Shown piece by piece: positions 31,512 through 40,412 of a stretch of DNA of 64,000 nt. Below the pieces are notes generated by a model. It was not told the DNA's origin. It saw only the letters and a list, made by a program, of their open reading frames with translations, and made no database searches. The DNA lies in NCBI GenBank assembly GCA_045544855.1, contig JAZPZV010000055.1, forward strand, positions 19,189-83,188. The letters run 5' to 3'. This stretch comes from Eubacteriales bacterium (GTDB taxonomy: Bacteria > Bacillota > Clostridia > Oscillospirales > CAG-382). The stretch's first letter is position 1. The number at the start of each line of letters is the position of its first letter. Made by a program: the position numbers and the translations under genes.

Positions 31512-34091
31512 ATGAAAAAATACTTCCGTTGCCTTACGTTGTTGCTGACGCTCACCCTCCTTGCATCCTGTGCAGGGGAGGGAGCCCCTCAAAACACTTC
31601 CTCCCCGGACCAAAGCCAGGAGTCGTCCGCAGAGCTCCCTACGGGAAAGCCCGAAACCATCAAGCTGGGCAAAAACGACCCCTTGAACGTAACGGGGGTG
31701 AACGAAGTCCCCGGGTCGGCGGGGGTCTACGTGTTCACCGATGCGGAGTTCGACCTGCCTCGTGAGGGGAAGTATACCGATATCGCCGTGGTGAACAGTA
31801 CCGTGACCATGATCGGGATCGCCCCCTACGTCCCGGAGGACGGCATTTTGGTGCGGTTTTACGAGTGCGACGTGCCTGAAACCGCCCTTGGAGATACCGC
31901 GCGGTTCTCCGACGGGATGCCCGTGCCCCTGGGGGACAGGTACGTCACCTTCGGGGAGGACGTTCACGTCCGTGTGGGGTATACCAATACCACCCGTACC
32001 GAGGAGGCAGTGGGATTTTTGTTCGACGAGGGCTGGTATTCCGATACCACCTGCAGTAACAAATGGGGTACCGAGGTCGCCGTAAAGGACGGGGTGGTGG
32101 TAGAGATCAACCCTTCGGGAACGGAGACCTCCGGCAATACCAAGATCCCCGAGGGCGGCTACGTGCTGGCCGTTGGGGCGGGCAGTACCTACGAAAGTCT
32201 TCTGCGGAAGGTGAAGGTGGGGGATACGGCAACGTATATCACCCGTCCCGCTACCTATTCCGCAGAGAAATTTGTTTCAGATCTGGTGGACGAGGACATG
32301 GGAGACGCTCTGTCTGCAGTGTCCCACGATACCCGCTTCTCCCTGGCCCCTAAGGGAACCAATCTCACCCAAGTGCTGGTGAACAAGGAGGGCTACGTGG
32401 TCAGCGTGGACACCAATTGCCCCGGGGGCGGAGAGATCCCCAAGGGGGGCATGGCCATCACCGCCAAGGGATATAAGGGGGACGCCCTGGCTTCTGCCGC
32501 AGAGGTGGGGAAGTACGTCCATCTGAAGAATAAAACGGTGACCTTCATCGAGACCCCCGCCATCATTGCCGCAAGGCTGGAAACACAGCTTGCCGCTTTG
32601 GAGGAGACCTACGGGGAACGGAAGGACGCCCTGGCTCATATCCACTATGCAGAGGCGGATGCCGCCTTGAAAAAGGCCAAGGAGGTCTTTGCCGCCCTGG
32701 GCGACCTGCCAAGCAGAACGGCTCTGCTGGAGGCGGTTTCCCTGGCAGATGCCGCAAGAGTCGCCTGCATTCCCGCCTTGACGCTGCAAAACCGTGAGGC
32801 TTGGGTCACCGTGGGGGAACTGAACTACGACGGCACGCCTCTCTTGCACTATACCAACGAGGATACCGTGCGCCAAGCGGTGAGATACGCCAAGCGGGTG
32901 GGGCTGAACGGCCTCATCGTGGACAACACCGCCTACGGCTGGGCGGCGTATCCTTCGGAGCTGGAGGGCATGGTGATGCACCCCGACCTGAAGGGCTTTG
33001 ACGTGCTGGAGGCCTTTTCCCGCATCTGCAAGGAAGAGGGGATCAAGCTCACCGTGATGGTGAACGGCTTCTCCTCCGCGGTGGCTTCCGTGGAGTATCC
33101 CGAGGAGCATTTTGTAAATCTGTACGAGGAGTACCTGATGGTGTCCAAAAAGGGCAACAAGGTGGACGCCTCCGGGGGCAAGACCCTGGAGCCCTCCTAT
33201 CCCCAAGTGCAGGCCTTTAATCTGGCGGTGGCAAGGGAGCTGGTAACCAAGTACGATATAGACGGCATTCAGGTGGACTACATCCGCTACCCCCTGCCCA
33301 TCTACTACCAGGCCCACAATTACGAGGATTTCGGCTACGAATGTCCCGCTTCGGAGGGCTTTAAGGAATTGACCGGGTACGACCCCAAAAAGCTGAACAT
33401 CAACCATAAGCTTTGGCCGGAGTGGTGTGCTTACCGTCGGGATGTTATCAGCGGGTACGCCAAGGCCTTCTATCAGGCGGTGAAGGAAGCCGCACCTCAT
33501 GTGGAGGTGAGCTTTACCTGCTTTGCGGAATATACCGACCGTCAGAAGTACGTGTACCAGGACGTGGAAAAGTGGGTGGAAGAGGGGTACGCAGACGCCA
33601 TCTACCCCATGATCTACGGCAACACCACGGAATATCAGCTGGGCTACGCACAGCAGATCCACCCCGTAACGGAATATGCCGACGTGGTGCTGGGTGTGGG
33701 CTACTACGTGCGGGCAAGCAGCCGGTCCATTATGGAGCAGAACTATATGTCCTACGAGACGGACGCTATCGGTGTTTCCGGCTTTACCCTGCGGTATATC
33801 TCTTATTGCGGGTACGACCGGACCTTGCGGGAGTGCTTCCGTGAGGCGGCTGTTCCCAAGGGTACCGAAGAGACGGCCATGGGCTGCCTGATCTTCCTTT
33901 CACAGCGGGTGGAGGATCTTTCCTACCTGTTCGACGAGGCGGGTCTTGAGGCTTTGCGGAAGGGGATTGGCGATGCCGTTCCCACGGCGGAGGCCTTGCA
34001 GGAGGTTTTCGATTCCGTGACCATAGAAAACGGGGAACTGAAGGCGGCCTTGGAGAAGGATCTGGCGTATGCAAAGCGATTCTTGCAATAA
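31512..34091 (+). CDS. large lipoprotein with a glycosyl-hydrolase-like 10 (GHL10/YngK-type) domain
   Basis: Signal peptide with lipobox (LTLTLLASC). The C-terminal half (GLNGLIVDN...DGIQVDYIRYP...YADAIYPMIYG) resembles the GHL10 TIM barrel. Confidence 0.6.
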   Translation: MKKYFRCLTLLLTLTLLASCAGEGAPQNTSSPDQSQESSAELPTGKPETIKLGKNDPLNVTGVNEVPGSAGVYVFTDAEFDLPREGKYTDIAVVNSTVTMIGIAPYVPEDGILVRFYECDVPETALGDTARFSDGMPVPLGDRYVTFGEDVHVRVGYTNTTRTEEAVGFLFDEGWYSDTTCSNKWGTEVAVKDGVVVEINPSGTETSGNTKIPEGGYVLAVGAGSTYESLLRKVKVGDTATYITRPATYSAEKFVSDLVDEDMGDALSAVSHDTRFSLAPKGTNLTQVLVNKEGYVVSVDTNCPGGGEIPKGGMAITAKGYKGDALASAAEVGKYVHLKNKTVTFIETPAIIAARLETQLAALEETYGERKDALAHIHYAEADAALKKAKEVFAALGDLPSRTALLEAVSLADAARVACIPALTLQNREAWVTVGELNYDGTPLLHYTNEDTVRQAVRYAKRVGLNGLIVDNTAYGWAAYPSELEGMVMHPDLKGFDVLEAFSRICKEEGIKLTVMVNGFSSAVASVEYPEEHFVNLYEEYLMVSKKGNKVDASGGKTLEPSYPQVQAFNLAVARELVTKYDIDGIQVDYIRYPLPIYYQAHNYEDFGYECPASEGFKELTGYDPKKLNINHKLWPEWCAYRRDVISGYAKAFYQAVKEAAPHVEVSFTCFAEYTDRQKYVYQDVEKWVEEGYADAIYPMIYGNTTEYQLGYAQQIHPVTEYADVVLGVGYYVRASSRSIMEQNYMSYETDAIGVSGFTLRYISYCGYDRTLRECFREAAVPKGTEETAMGCLIFLSQRVEDLSYLFDEAGLEALRKGIGDAVPTAEALQEVFDSVTIENGELKAALEKDLAYAKRFLQ

Positions 34092-34113
34092 CCGTTGACT
34101 TTATCCACAACAA

Positions 34114-34145
34114 GACGGGGCAAACCACGCCCCGTTTTGTTTTTC
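34114..34145 (+). terminator. intrinsic terminator
   Basis: GACGGGGC AAACCAC GCCCCGT followed by TTTGTTTTTC. Confidence 0.7.
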
Positions 34146-34177
34146 TTCAAAAAACTTCAAAAAAATTCAAAAAACTA

Positions 34178-34206
34178 TTTACAAAACAAAAAAAGAATTG
34201 TATAAT
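34178..34206 (+). promoter_or_regulatory. strong sigma-A promoter of the xpt operon
   Basis: TTTACA (34178-34183), 17-nt spacer ending in TG, TATAAT (34201-34206). Confidence 0.65.
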
Positions 34207-34314
34207 AAAGTTAAGTTTCAAGTGTCGGGTACGGGGGGCATTTCATATGTTGATCCGCTGTAAGACGAATAATATTTGGAAACTTGCCGGGAATTCGCTT
34301 CCGGTTTAATGCAC

Positions 34315-34354
34315 CACGCTTGCTTTTTTTGCGCAGGCGTGTTATTCTTTTTTT
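34315..34354 (+). terminator. leader (attenuator) terminator upstream of xpt
   Basis: CACGCTTGC (34315-34323) pairs with GCAGGCGTG (34333-34341), followed by TTATTCTTTTTTT. It lies about 50 nt before the xpt start. Confidence 0.6.
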
Positions 34355-34405
34355 CGGGCTTAAAAATACGCTCTTTTTGGGTCGTATAGGGAATGGAGGT
34401 CAAGT

Positions 34406-34978
34406 ATGAAGCTGTTAGAAGATAAGATCCTTTCCGAAGGGAAGATCGGTGCGGGAGACGTTTTGAAGGTGGATTGCTTTCTGAATCACCGCATTGACGT
34501 GGCGTTCCTTTCCGAGCTGGGCAAGGAGTTCTATCGCCTTTACAAGGATGAGGGGATCAACAAGATCCTGACCATCGAGGCCTCCGGCATCGGCATCGCC
34601 TGTTTGACGGCGTTGCATTTCGGCTGTCCCGTGGTGTTTGCCAAGAAGACCAAGACCAACAACATTTACGCAGACGTTTATACCGCAGAGGTGTATTCTT
34701 ACACCCATCAGCGCTCTTACGACATCGTTGTCTCCAAGGATTTCCTTTCCCCCGGGGACAGGGTGCTGGTCATTGACGACTTCCTTGCCAAGGGAAGTGC
34801 GCTGAACGCTCTGCTGAAGCTCATCCGCGATGCGGGGGCAACTCCCGTGGGGGCGGGCATCGTCATCGAAAAGGCCTTCCAGAACGGGGGCAAGGATCTG
34901 AGAGACAGCGGCTTCCGCGTGGAATCTCTGGCACGGATCGGTGCTATGTCTCAGGCAGAAGGCATTCAATTCGTATAA
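34406..34978 (+). CDS. xpt: xanthine phosphoribosyltransferase
   Basis: MKLLEDKILSEGKI...VLKVDCFLNHRID and VLVIDDFLAKGSA (PRPP-binding); 190 aa. Confidence 0.9.
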   Translation: MKLLEDKILSEGKIGAGDVLKVDCFLNHRIDVAFLSELGKEFYRLYKDEGINKILTIEASGIGIACLTALHFGCPVVFAKKTKTNNIYADVYTAEVYSYTHQRSYDIVVSKDFLSPGDRVLVIDDFLAKGSALNALLKLIRDAGATPVGAGIVIEKAFQNGGKDLRDSGFRVESLARIGAMSQAEGIQFV

Positions 34979-35016
34979 AAAAACAAAATATATAATACAC
35001 AAGAGAGGTAAAACAC

Positions 35017-36333
35017 ATGAAAAGATTCCTTTCCCTGTTTCTCGCTTGCCTGATGGTGGTTGCGGTTGCGCTGACCATGGCTTCCTGCGAGAAAGAAGAA
35101 GAGGCCGGCAAGCCCTACGGCTTTGAAGAGACCAAGGAGCTGGCTGCTCAGGGCGCGATCAATGAGGTTGCTCCCGCAGTTACCGGCGACGTTTCCAAGC
35201 TGAAGGTGGGCGTGATCCTCATCGGTAACGATCAGGAAGGCTACACCAAGGCGCATATCGACGGCATCACCCAGGCAGCAAGCGCTTTGGGCATTGACGT
35301 TGATTCCCAGATCCGTTGGAAGTACAACACTCCCGAGGATGAAACCGTTACCAGCAACGCAGAGCAGCTCATCGCAGAGGGCTGCAACGTCATCGTCTCC
35401 AACTCCTACGGACATCAGTCCTACATGGAGGAGCTGGCAGGGAAGCACGCAGACGTGCAGTTCATCGCCATGACCGGTGATACCGCAGCTTCCAGCGGCC
35501 TTTCCAACCTGTCCAACGCATTCACCAAGGTTTACGAGTCCCGTTACGTTGCAGGCGTTGTTGCCGGCATGAAGCTGAAGGAGCTGATCGACGGCGGCAA
35601 GCTCACCGAGGCAAACTACGACGGCGAGAACGTTAAGATCGGCTACGTAGGCGCATTCGACTTTGCAGAGGTTATGTCCGGCTACACCGCATTCTACCTG
35701 GGCGTTAAGTCCATCGTGAACAACGTGGTAATGGACGTTCACTTCACCGACTCCTGGTTTGACCTGGATAAGGAAAAGGCAGCCGCAGCTGCACTGGTAG
35801 AGAGCGGCTGTGTGATCGTCAGCCAGCACGCAGACTCCGCAGGCGCACCCACCGCAGTGGAAGAGGCCTGGAACAACGGTAAGGTTGCATACTGCGTAGG
35901 CTACAACGTTTCCATGCTGGACGTTGCTCCCAACTCCGCATTGACCTCCGCTACCAACGTTTGGTCCGTTTACTACAAGTATGCATTCGCAACCGCTATC
36001 AATGGCGGGGATATCGCTTCCAACTGGTCTGCAGGCTATAAGGAAGGCGCAGTTAAGATCACCGATCTGGGCCCCAACTGTGCAGAAGGCACCCAGGCTA
36101 AGGTTGACGAAGTGATCGGCAAGCTGAAGTCCGGCGAGCTGAACGTGTTCGATACCTCCAAGTTCACCGTTGAAGGCAAGACCATCACCTGGGCTTACGC
36201 TACCGACAGCGACGGAGACTTCGCATACGACAAGAACAACGTGGTAGCCGACGGCTATTTCCACGAGTCCTACGTGCAGAGCGCACCTGCCTTTAACCTG
36301 AAGATTGACGGCATCAGATGGCTCAATAAGTAA
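35017..36333 (+). CDS. BMP-family (PnrA/Med-like) ABC transporter substrate-binding lipoprotein, probable nucleoside binding
   Basis: Lipobox LTMASC and BMP-family core (KVGVILIGNDQEGYTKAH...). Confidence 0.8.
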   Translation: MKRFLSLFLACLMVVAVALTMASCEKEEEAGKPYGFEETKELAAQGAINEVAPAVTGDVSKLKVGVILIGNDQEGYTKAHIDGITQAASALGIDVDSQIRWKYNTPEDETVTSNAEQLIAEGCNVIVSNSYGHQSYMEELAGKHADVQFIAMTGDTAASSGLSNLSNAFTKVYESRYVAGVVAGMKLKELIDGGKLTEANYDGENVKIGYVGAFDFAEVMSGYTAFYLGVKSIVNNVVMDVHFTDSWFDLDKEKAAAAALVESGCVIVSQHADSAGAPTAVEEAWNNGKVAYCVGYNVSMLDVAPNSALTSATNVWSVYYKYAFATAINGGDIASNWSAGYKEGAVKITDLGPNCAEGTQAKVDEVIGKLKSGELNVFDTSKFTVEGKTITWAYATDSDGDFAYDKNNVVADGYFHESYVQSAPAFNLKIDGIRWLNK

Positions 36334-36404
36334 GTTGATATTCAGCAGGGAAGCCGTGTAAAAGCGGCTTCCCTCAACCTATTTTTGCTCGGAGGTGCCC
36401 GCTT

Positions 36405-37955
36405 GTGGACACACAGAACAAGATCGCCGTTTCTTTTCACGGCGTAACCAAAACCTTTGGCAGCGTGTATGCCAACCGCAACGTGACCATGGAGATCCGC
36501 AAAGGAGAGATCCTGTCTCTTTTGGGAGAAAACGGCAGCGGTAAGACCACTTTGATGAATATGCTTTCCGGCATTTACTGTCCGGACGCAGGCGAGATCT
36601 ATCTGGATGGCAAGCAAGTGGCCATCCGTTCCCCCCAGGATGCCCATCGTTTGGGGATCGGTATGATCCATCAGCACTTCAAGCTGGTGGATGTTTTCAC
36701 CGCCGCAGAAAACGTTCTGTTGGGCGTGAAGGGGAAGGGCCTTTTGGACCTTTCCGCCGCAAGCGAGGCGATCTGCCGCATTTGCGACACCTATGGCTTT
36801 GAACTTGATCCTTCTATGAAGGTTTACGATATGAGCGTTTCCCAGAAGCAGACGTTGGAGATCGTCAAGGCTTTGTACCGGGGTGCCAACATCCTGGTTC
36901 TGGACGAGCCCACTGCGGTGCTCACTCCTCAGGAGACGGACAAGCTGTTCTCCGTGTTAAGAGAAATGCGCAAGGATGGCAAGACGGTGATCATCATCAC
37001 CCATAAGCTTCACGAGGTACTTGCCGTGTCCGATCGGGTTGCCATTCTGCGGAAGGGCGAATACGTGGACACCGTAGAGACTGCCACCGCCACCGAACAG
37101 CTTCTGACGGAGCTGATGGTTGGCCAGAAGGTGGAATTGAACATCGAACGCCCCGAGCCTGTGAATCCCGTTTTGCGGTTGCAGGTGGAGCACCTCACCG
37201 TAAAGGGTCACGAGGGCGAGACGGTGCTGGAGGACGTTTCCTTTGATGCCTTTGGCGGAGAGATCCTGGGCATTGCGGGGATCTCCGGCTGTGGCCAAAA
37301 GGAGCTTTTGGAGGCCATTGCGGGTCTTCAGCACGTGGAAGAAGGCTCTCGGATCTTCTACGATGCTCCCGATGGCGCCAAGGAGGATCTGATCGGCAAG
37401 GACCCCAAGAAGATCAAGGAGCTGGGGGTCGCTCTCTCCTTCGTTCCCGAGGACCGTCTGGGCATGGGCCTTGTGGGAAGCATGGGCATGGTTGGGAATA
37501 TGCAGCTGCGTAACTATACCATGCGAAAATCCATTTTAGCGGAGATCAAGCATTCCAGAGAGTTGGCTCAGCAGGTACGTGAGGAATTGGGTGTGGTCAC
37601 CCCGTCCTTGAACACTCCCGTGCGACGCCTTTCCGGCGGTAACGTACAGAAGGTGCTGGTAGGCAGAGAGATCGCCTCCGCCCCCGCCGTGCTGATGACC
37701 GCTTACGCCGTTCGAGGGCTGGACATCGGTGCTTCCTATACCATTTACAATCTGCTGAACAAGCAAAAGGCAAAGGGTGTTGCCGTGATCTTCGTGGGAG
37801 AAGACCTGGACGTTCTGGTTGCTCTTTGCGACCGTATCATGGTGCTTTGCGACGGCGAGTTCAACGGCATTGTGGATGGCAGAACCACCACCAAGGAAGA
37901 GATCGGATATTTGATGACCAATTTGAAGAGCAAGGGAGGAACGGAAAATGCATGA
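36405..37955 (+). CDS. ABC transporter ATP-binding protein (duplicated ATPase, nucleoside/sugar type)
   Basis: Walker A GENGSGKTT, signature LSGGNVQK. GTG start with GGAGG RBS. Confidence 0.9.
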   Translation: MDTQNKIAVSFHGVTKTFGSVYANRNVTMEIRKGEILSLLGENGSGKTTLMNMLSGIYCPDAGEIYLDGKQVAIRSPQDAHRLGIGMIHQHFKLVDVFTAAENVLLGVKGKGLLDLSAASEAICRICDTYGFELDPSMKVYDMSVSQKQTLEIVKALYRGANILVLDEPTAVLTPQETDKLFSVLREMRKDGKTVIIITHKLHEVLAVSDRVAILRKGEYVDTVETATATEQLLTELMVGQKVELNIERPEPVNPVLRLQVEHLTVKGHEGETVLEDVSFDAFGGEILGIAGISGCGQKELLEAIAGLQHVEEGSRIFYDAPDGAKEDLIGKDPKKIKELGVALSFVPEDRLGMGLVGSMGMVGNMQLRNYTMRKSILAEIKHSRELAQQVREELGVVTPSLNTPVRRLSGGNVQKVLVGREIASAPAVLMTAYAVRGLDIGASYTIYNLLNKQKAKGVAVIFVGEDLDVLVALCDRIMVLCDGEFNGIVDGRTTTKEEIGYLMTNLKSKGGTENA

Positions 37956-39120
37956 GCCTGTAACAACTGCAAAAAAACCGCCCTTGTTCCATATCGTCAA
38001 CCGAGGAAAAGGGCAACTGCCCTTCTATCAGGCCTGGGGGATCCGTTTGGGAGCCTTCGTTTTGGCGCTGGCGCTCAATGCGCTGTTCGTCTTCCTGGTG
38101 GTGGGGGTAGATCCCATTTCTTTTTACCAAACCATGCTGAAGGGCGCTTTCGGTGACGGGTTCCTTTGGCCTACCATTAAGACCGCCGCAAAGCTTTTGT
38201 GTATTGCCGTGGCGCTGGCACCCGCTTTCAAGATGCGGTTTTGGAACATCGGCGCCGAGGGACAGGTGCTGGTTGGCGGCATCGCCGCCGCGGTGGTGAT
38301 GTTCTACTTCTCCGATCTGCCCGCCGTGGTGATCCTGCTTCTGATGATGATCGTCAGTATTTTGGCAGGCGCATTGTGGGGTGCGATCCCCGCCTTCTTT
38401 AAGGCGAAAATGAACGTCAACGAGACCTTGTTCACCCTGATGATGAACTACATCGCCATGAATTTGGTCAACTTCTTCTACGATCTGTGGAAAGGCCCCA
38501 AAACGGCGTTGGGTAAGATCAACCAGAGCACCCACGCAGGCTGGCTTTCTTCTTTGTGGGAGAACCGGGACGACAACGGCTTTTTGATCCGGGAAGAAGA
38601 GACCTTGTTTACCAATGCGGATTTTTGGTTCGTTGTGATCATCTGCATCGTAGCGGTCCTGATGTATTTCTATTTGAAGTATACCAAGCAAGGGTATGAG
38701 ATCGCCGTTGTGGGCGAATCCCGCAACACCGCCCGCTATGCGGGGATCAGCGTGAAGAAGGTCATTTTGCGCACCATGATCCTTTCCGGTGCTATCTGCG
38801 GTCTGTGCGGCTTCTTGGTGGTCTCCGCCCAGAGCAACACCATCTCCACCTCCATGGCAGGTGGCTACGGCTTTACCGCCATCATCGTGGCTTGGCTTTC
38901 CAAGTTCAACACCTTCACCATGGCAGGGGTCTCCGTGCTCATCGTAGCCTTGGAGCAGGGTGCGGCGCAGATGGCCAACGAGTATAACTTTATGGGCTTT
39001 TCCGTTGCCGCGGCTGACGTCATGATCGGTATCATGCTGTTGTTCATCGTGGGCTCGGAGTTCTTCATTCACTATAAGGTGATGTTCCGCAAATCTTCCG
39101 GGGAGGTGGCAACGGTATGA
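37948..39120 (+). CDS. ABC transporter permease (BMP-associated)
   Basis: Multi-TM protein. Overlaps the ATPase stop and the next permease start. Confidence 0.85.
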   Translation: MHEPVTTAKKPPLFHIVNRGKGQLPFYQAWGIRLGAFVLALALNALFVFLVVGVDPISFYQTMLKGAFGDGFLWPTIKTAAKLLCIAVALAPAFKMRFWNIGAEGQVLVGGIAAAVVMFYFSDLPAVVILLLMMIVSILAGALWGAIPAFFKAKMNVNETLFTLMMNYIAMNLVNFFYDLWKGPKTALGKINQSTHAGWLSSLWENRDDNGFLIREEETLFTNADFWFVVIICIVAVLMYFYLKYTKQGYEIAVVGESRNTARYAGISVKKVILRTMILSGAICGLCGFLVVSAQSNTISTSMAGGYGFTAIIVAWLSKFNTFTMAGVSVLIVALEQGAAQMANEYNFMGFSVAAADVMIGIMLLFIVGSEFFIHYKVMFRKSSGEVATV

Positions 39121-40112
39121 TCGATATTTTAGTCAGCTGGTTACAGCAGGGCTTTAAGTTCGCGGCTTTCCTGGCGCTGGCGGCTTTGGGAGAAATGATC
39201 ATAGAGAAATCCGGCTCCCTGAACCTGGGGACCCCCGGCACCATGTGCGTGGGCGCGGCCTCCGGTTTTATCTCCGTATTCCTCTACGCCAACAACGTGG
39301 CAGATCCCAATCCTTTGATTTTGATCCTTTTGGCGTTGACGGTGGCATTCCTTTCCGCCATGCTCATGGGCTTGGTGTTCGGCTTCTTCACCGTTACCCT
39401 CAGGATCAATCAGAACGTCATCGGCTTGATCATGACCATTTTCGGAACGGGGCTTGCCAAGTTCTTGTCCGACTTCTTTGTCAAAACCGAAAGCGGCAAC
39501 GCCCGTTGTCAGGCGGCTTTCCAGGTGTTTACCGCCAAGATCCCCTTCCTGTCCGACAGCTTGGGCTTTGTTTCCAAGGTGCTGTTCAACTACGGCTTCC
39601 TGTTCTATCTCACCATCGTTCTTGCCATCGGCGTGGCGCTGTTCTTCAAGAAGACCCGCACCGGCTTGAACCTGCGTGCGGTGGGCGAGAACCCCGCTAC
39701 CGCAGATGCCGCCGGTATCTCCGTCACCCGGTATAAGTATCTTGCTTCTTGCATCGGCTCCGGCTTGGTGGGCGTTGCGGGCATCTTCTGTACCATGGAA
39801 TTCAAGAGCGGCGCTTGGGCGGTTGCAGACGTGGATTCCATCGAAGCTTTCGGTTGGCTGGCGGTGGCGTTGGTCATCTTCGCCCTGTGGAAGCCCATCA
39901 ACCTGCTTTGGGGCTCCTTGGTGTTCAGCATCTGCTACTGGGCGTATATGTACCTGCCCCAGATGCTGGGCGTCACCGTTTCCGATGACCTTGCCCAGAT
40001 GTTGCCCTACATCATCACCATTCTGGTGCTGATCGTGATCAACCTCCGCAAGAACCGCGAGAACCAGGGTCCCGCGGCATTGGGTCTGTCGTACTTTAGA
40101 GAAGAACGGTAA
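39117..40112 (+). CDS. ABC transporter permease (BMP-associated)
   Basis: Multi-TM protein with a 4-nt overlap with the previous gene. Confidence 0.85.
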   Translation: MIDILVSWLQQGFKFAAFLALAALGEMIIEKSGSLNLGTPGTMCVGAASGFISVFLYANNVADPNPLILILLALTVAFLSAMLMGLVFGFFTVTLRINQNVIGLIMTIFGTGLAKFLSDFFVKTESGNARCQAAFQVFTAKIPFLSDSLGFVSKVLFNYGFLFYLTIVLAIGVALFFKKTRTGLNLRAVGENPATADAAGISVTRYKYLASCIGSGLVGVAGIFCTMEFKSGAWAVADVDSIEAFGWLAVALVIFALWKPINLLWGSLVFSICYWAYMYLPQMLGVTVSDDLAQMLPYIITILVLIVINLRKNRENQGPAALGLSYFREER

Positions 40113-40123
40113 AATCGCATTTG

Positions 40124-40154
40124 AAAAAGGAGTCGATTCATCGGCTCCTTTTTT
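40124..40154 (+). terminator. intrinsic terminator of the xpt/ABC operon
   Basis: GGAGTCGA TTCA TCGGCTCC followed by TTTTTT. Confidence 0.7.
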
Positions 40155-40370
40155 GCGGGGAAAGCAACCCACTTCATAAAAATGCGTATTTACGCAAAAA
40201 AAATAACGTTCATCTACGCAAAACCTCCACGCGCCAACCTGCAAGGGCGGTATGCTCGGAGATAACGCGCGGCTTTCCTTCCCGAAAACGATGGTTTTCG
40301 GCAGTAGGTTTCTTTTTGGGTTCAAGGGGATTTTTCTTTTCCGAAAGAAAAACCCCTGATCGCTCCCCCT

Positions 40371-40405
40371 TAAAAAATCGGCAGAAGCTGTTCGCCTCTG
40401 CCGAT
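40371..40405 (-). terminator. intrinsic terminator of the DUF4855-like gene
   Basis: ATCGGCAGA (40377-40385) pairs with TCTGCCGAT (40397-40405). An A-run at 40372-40377 gives a U-tract on the minus strand. Confidence 0.65.
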
Positions 40406-40412
40406 GCTTTTT

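Noticed and set aside
34101-34109. A perfect DnaA box, TTATCCACA.
   Set aside because: It is a single isolated 9-mer inside or just after the end of a CDS. One occurrence in 128 kb of two-strand sequence is about what chance predicts, and no cluster or AT-rich unwinding element lies nearby.
34207-34314. A canonical guanine/purine riboswitch upstream of xpt.
   Set aside because: I expected it from gene context, but the invariant junction sequences are absent by eye. It is reported instead as an unexplained leader that needs a covariance-model search.
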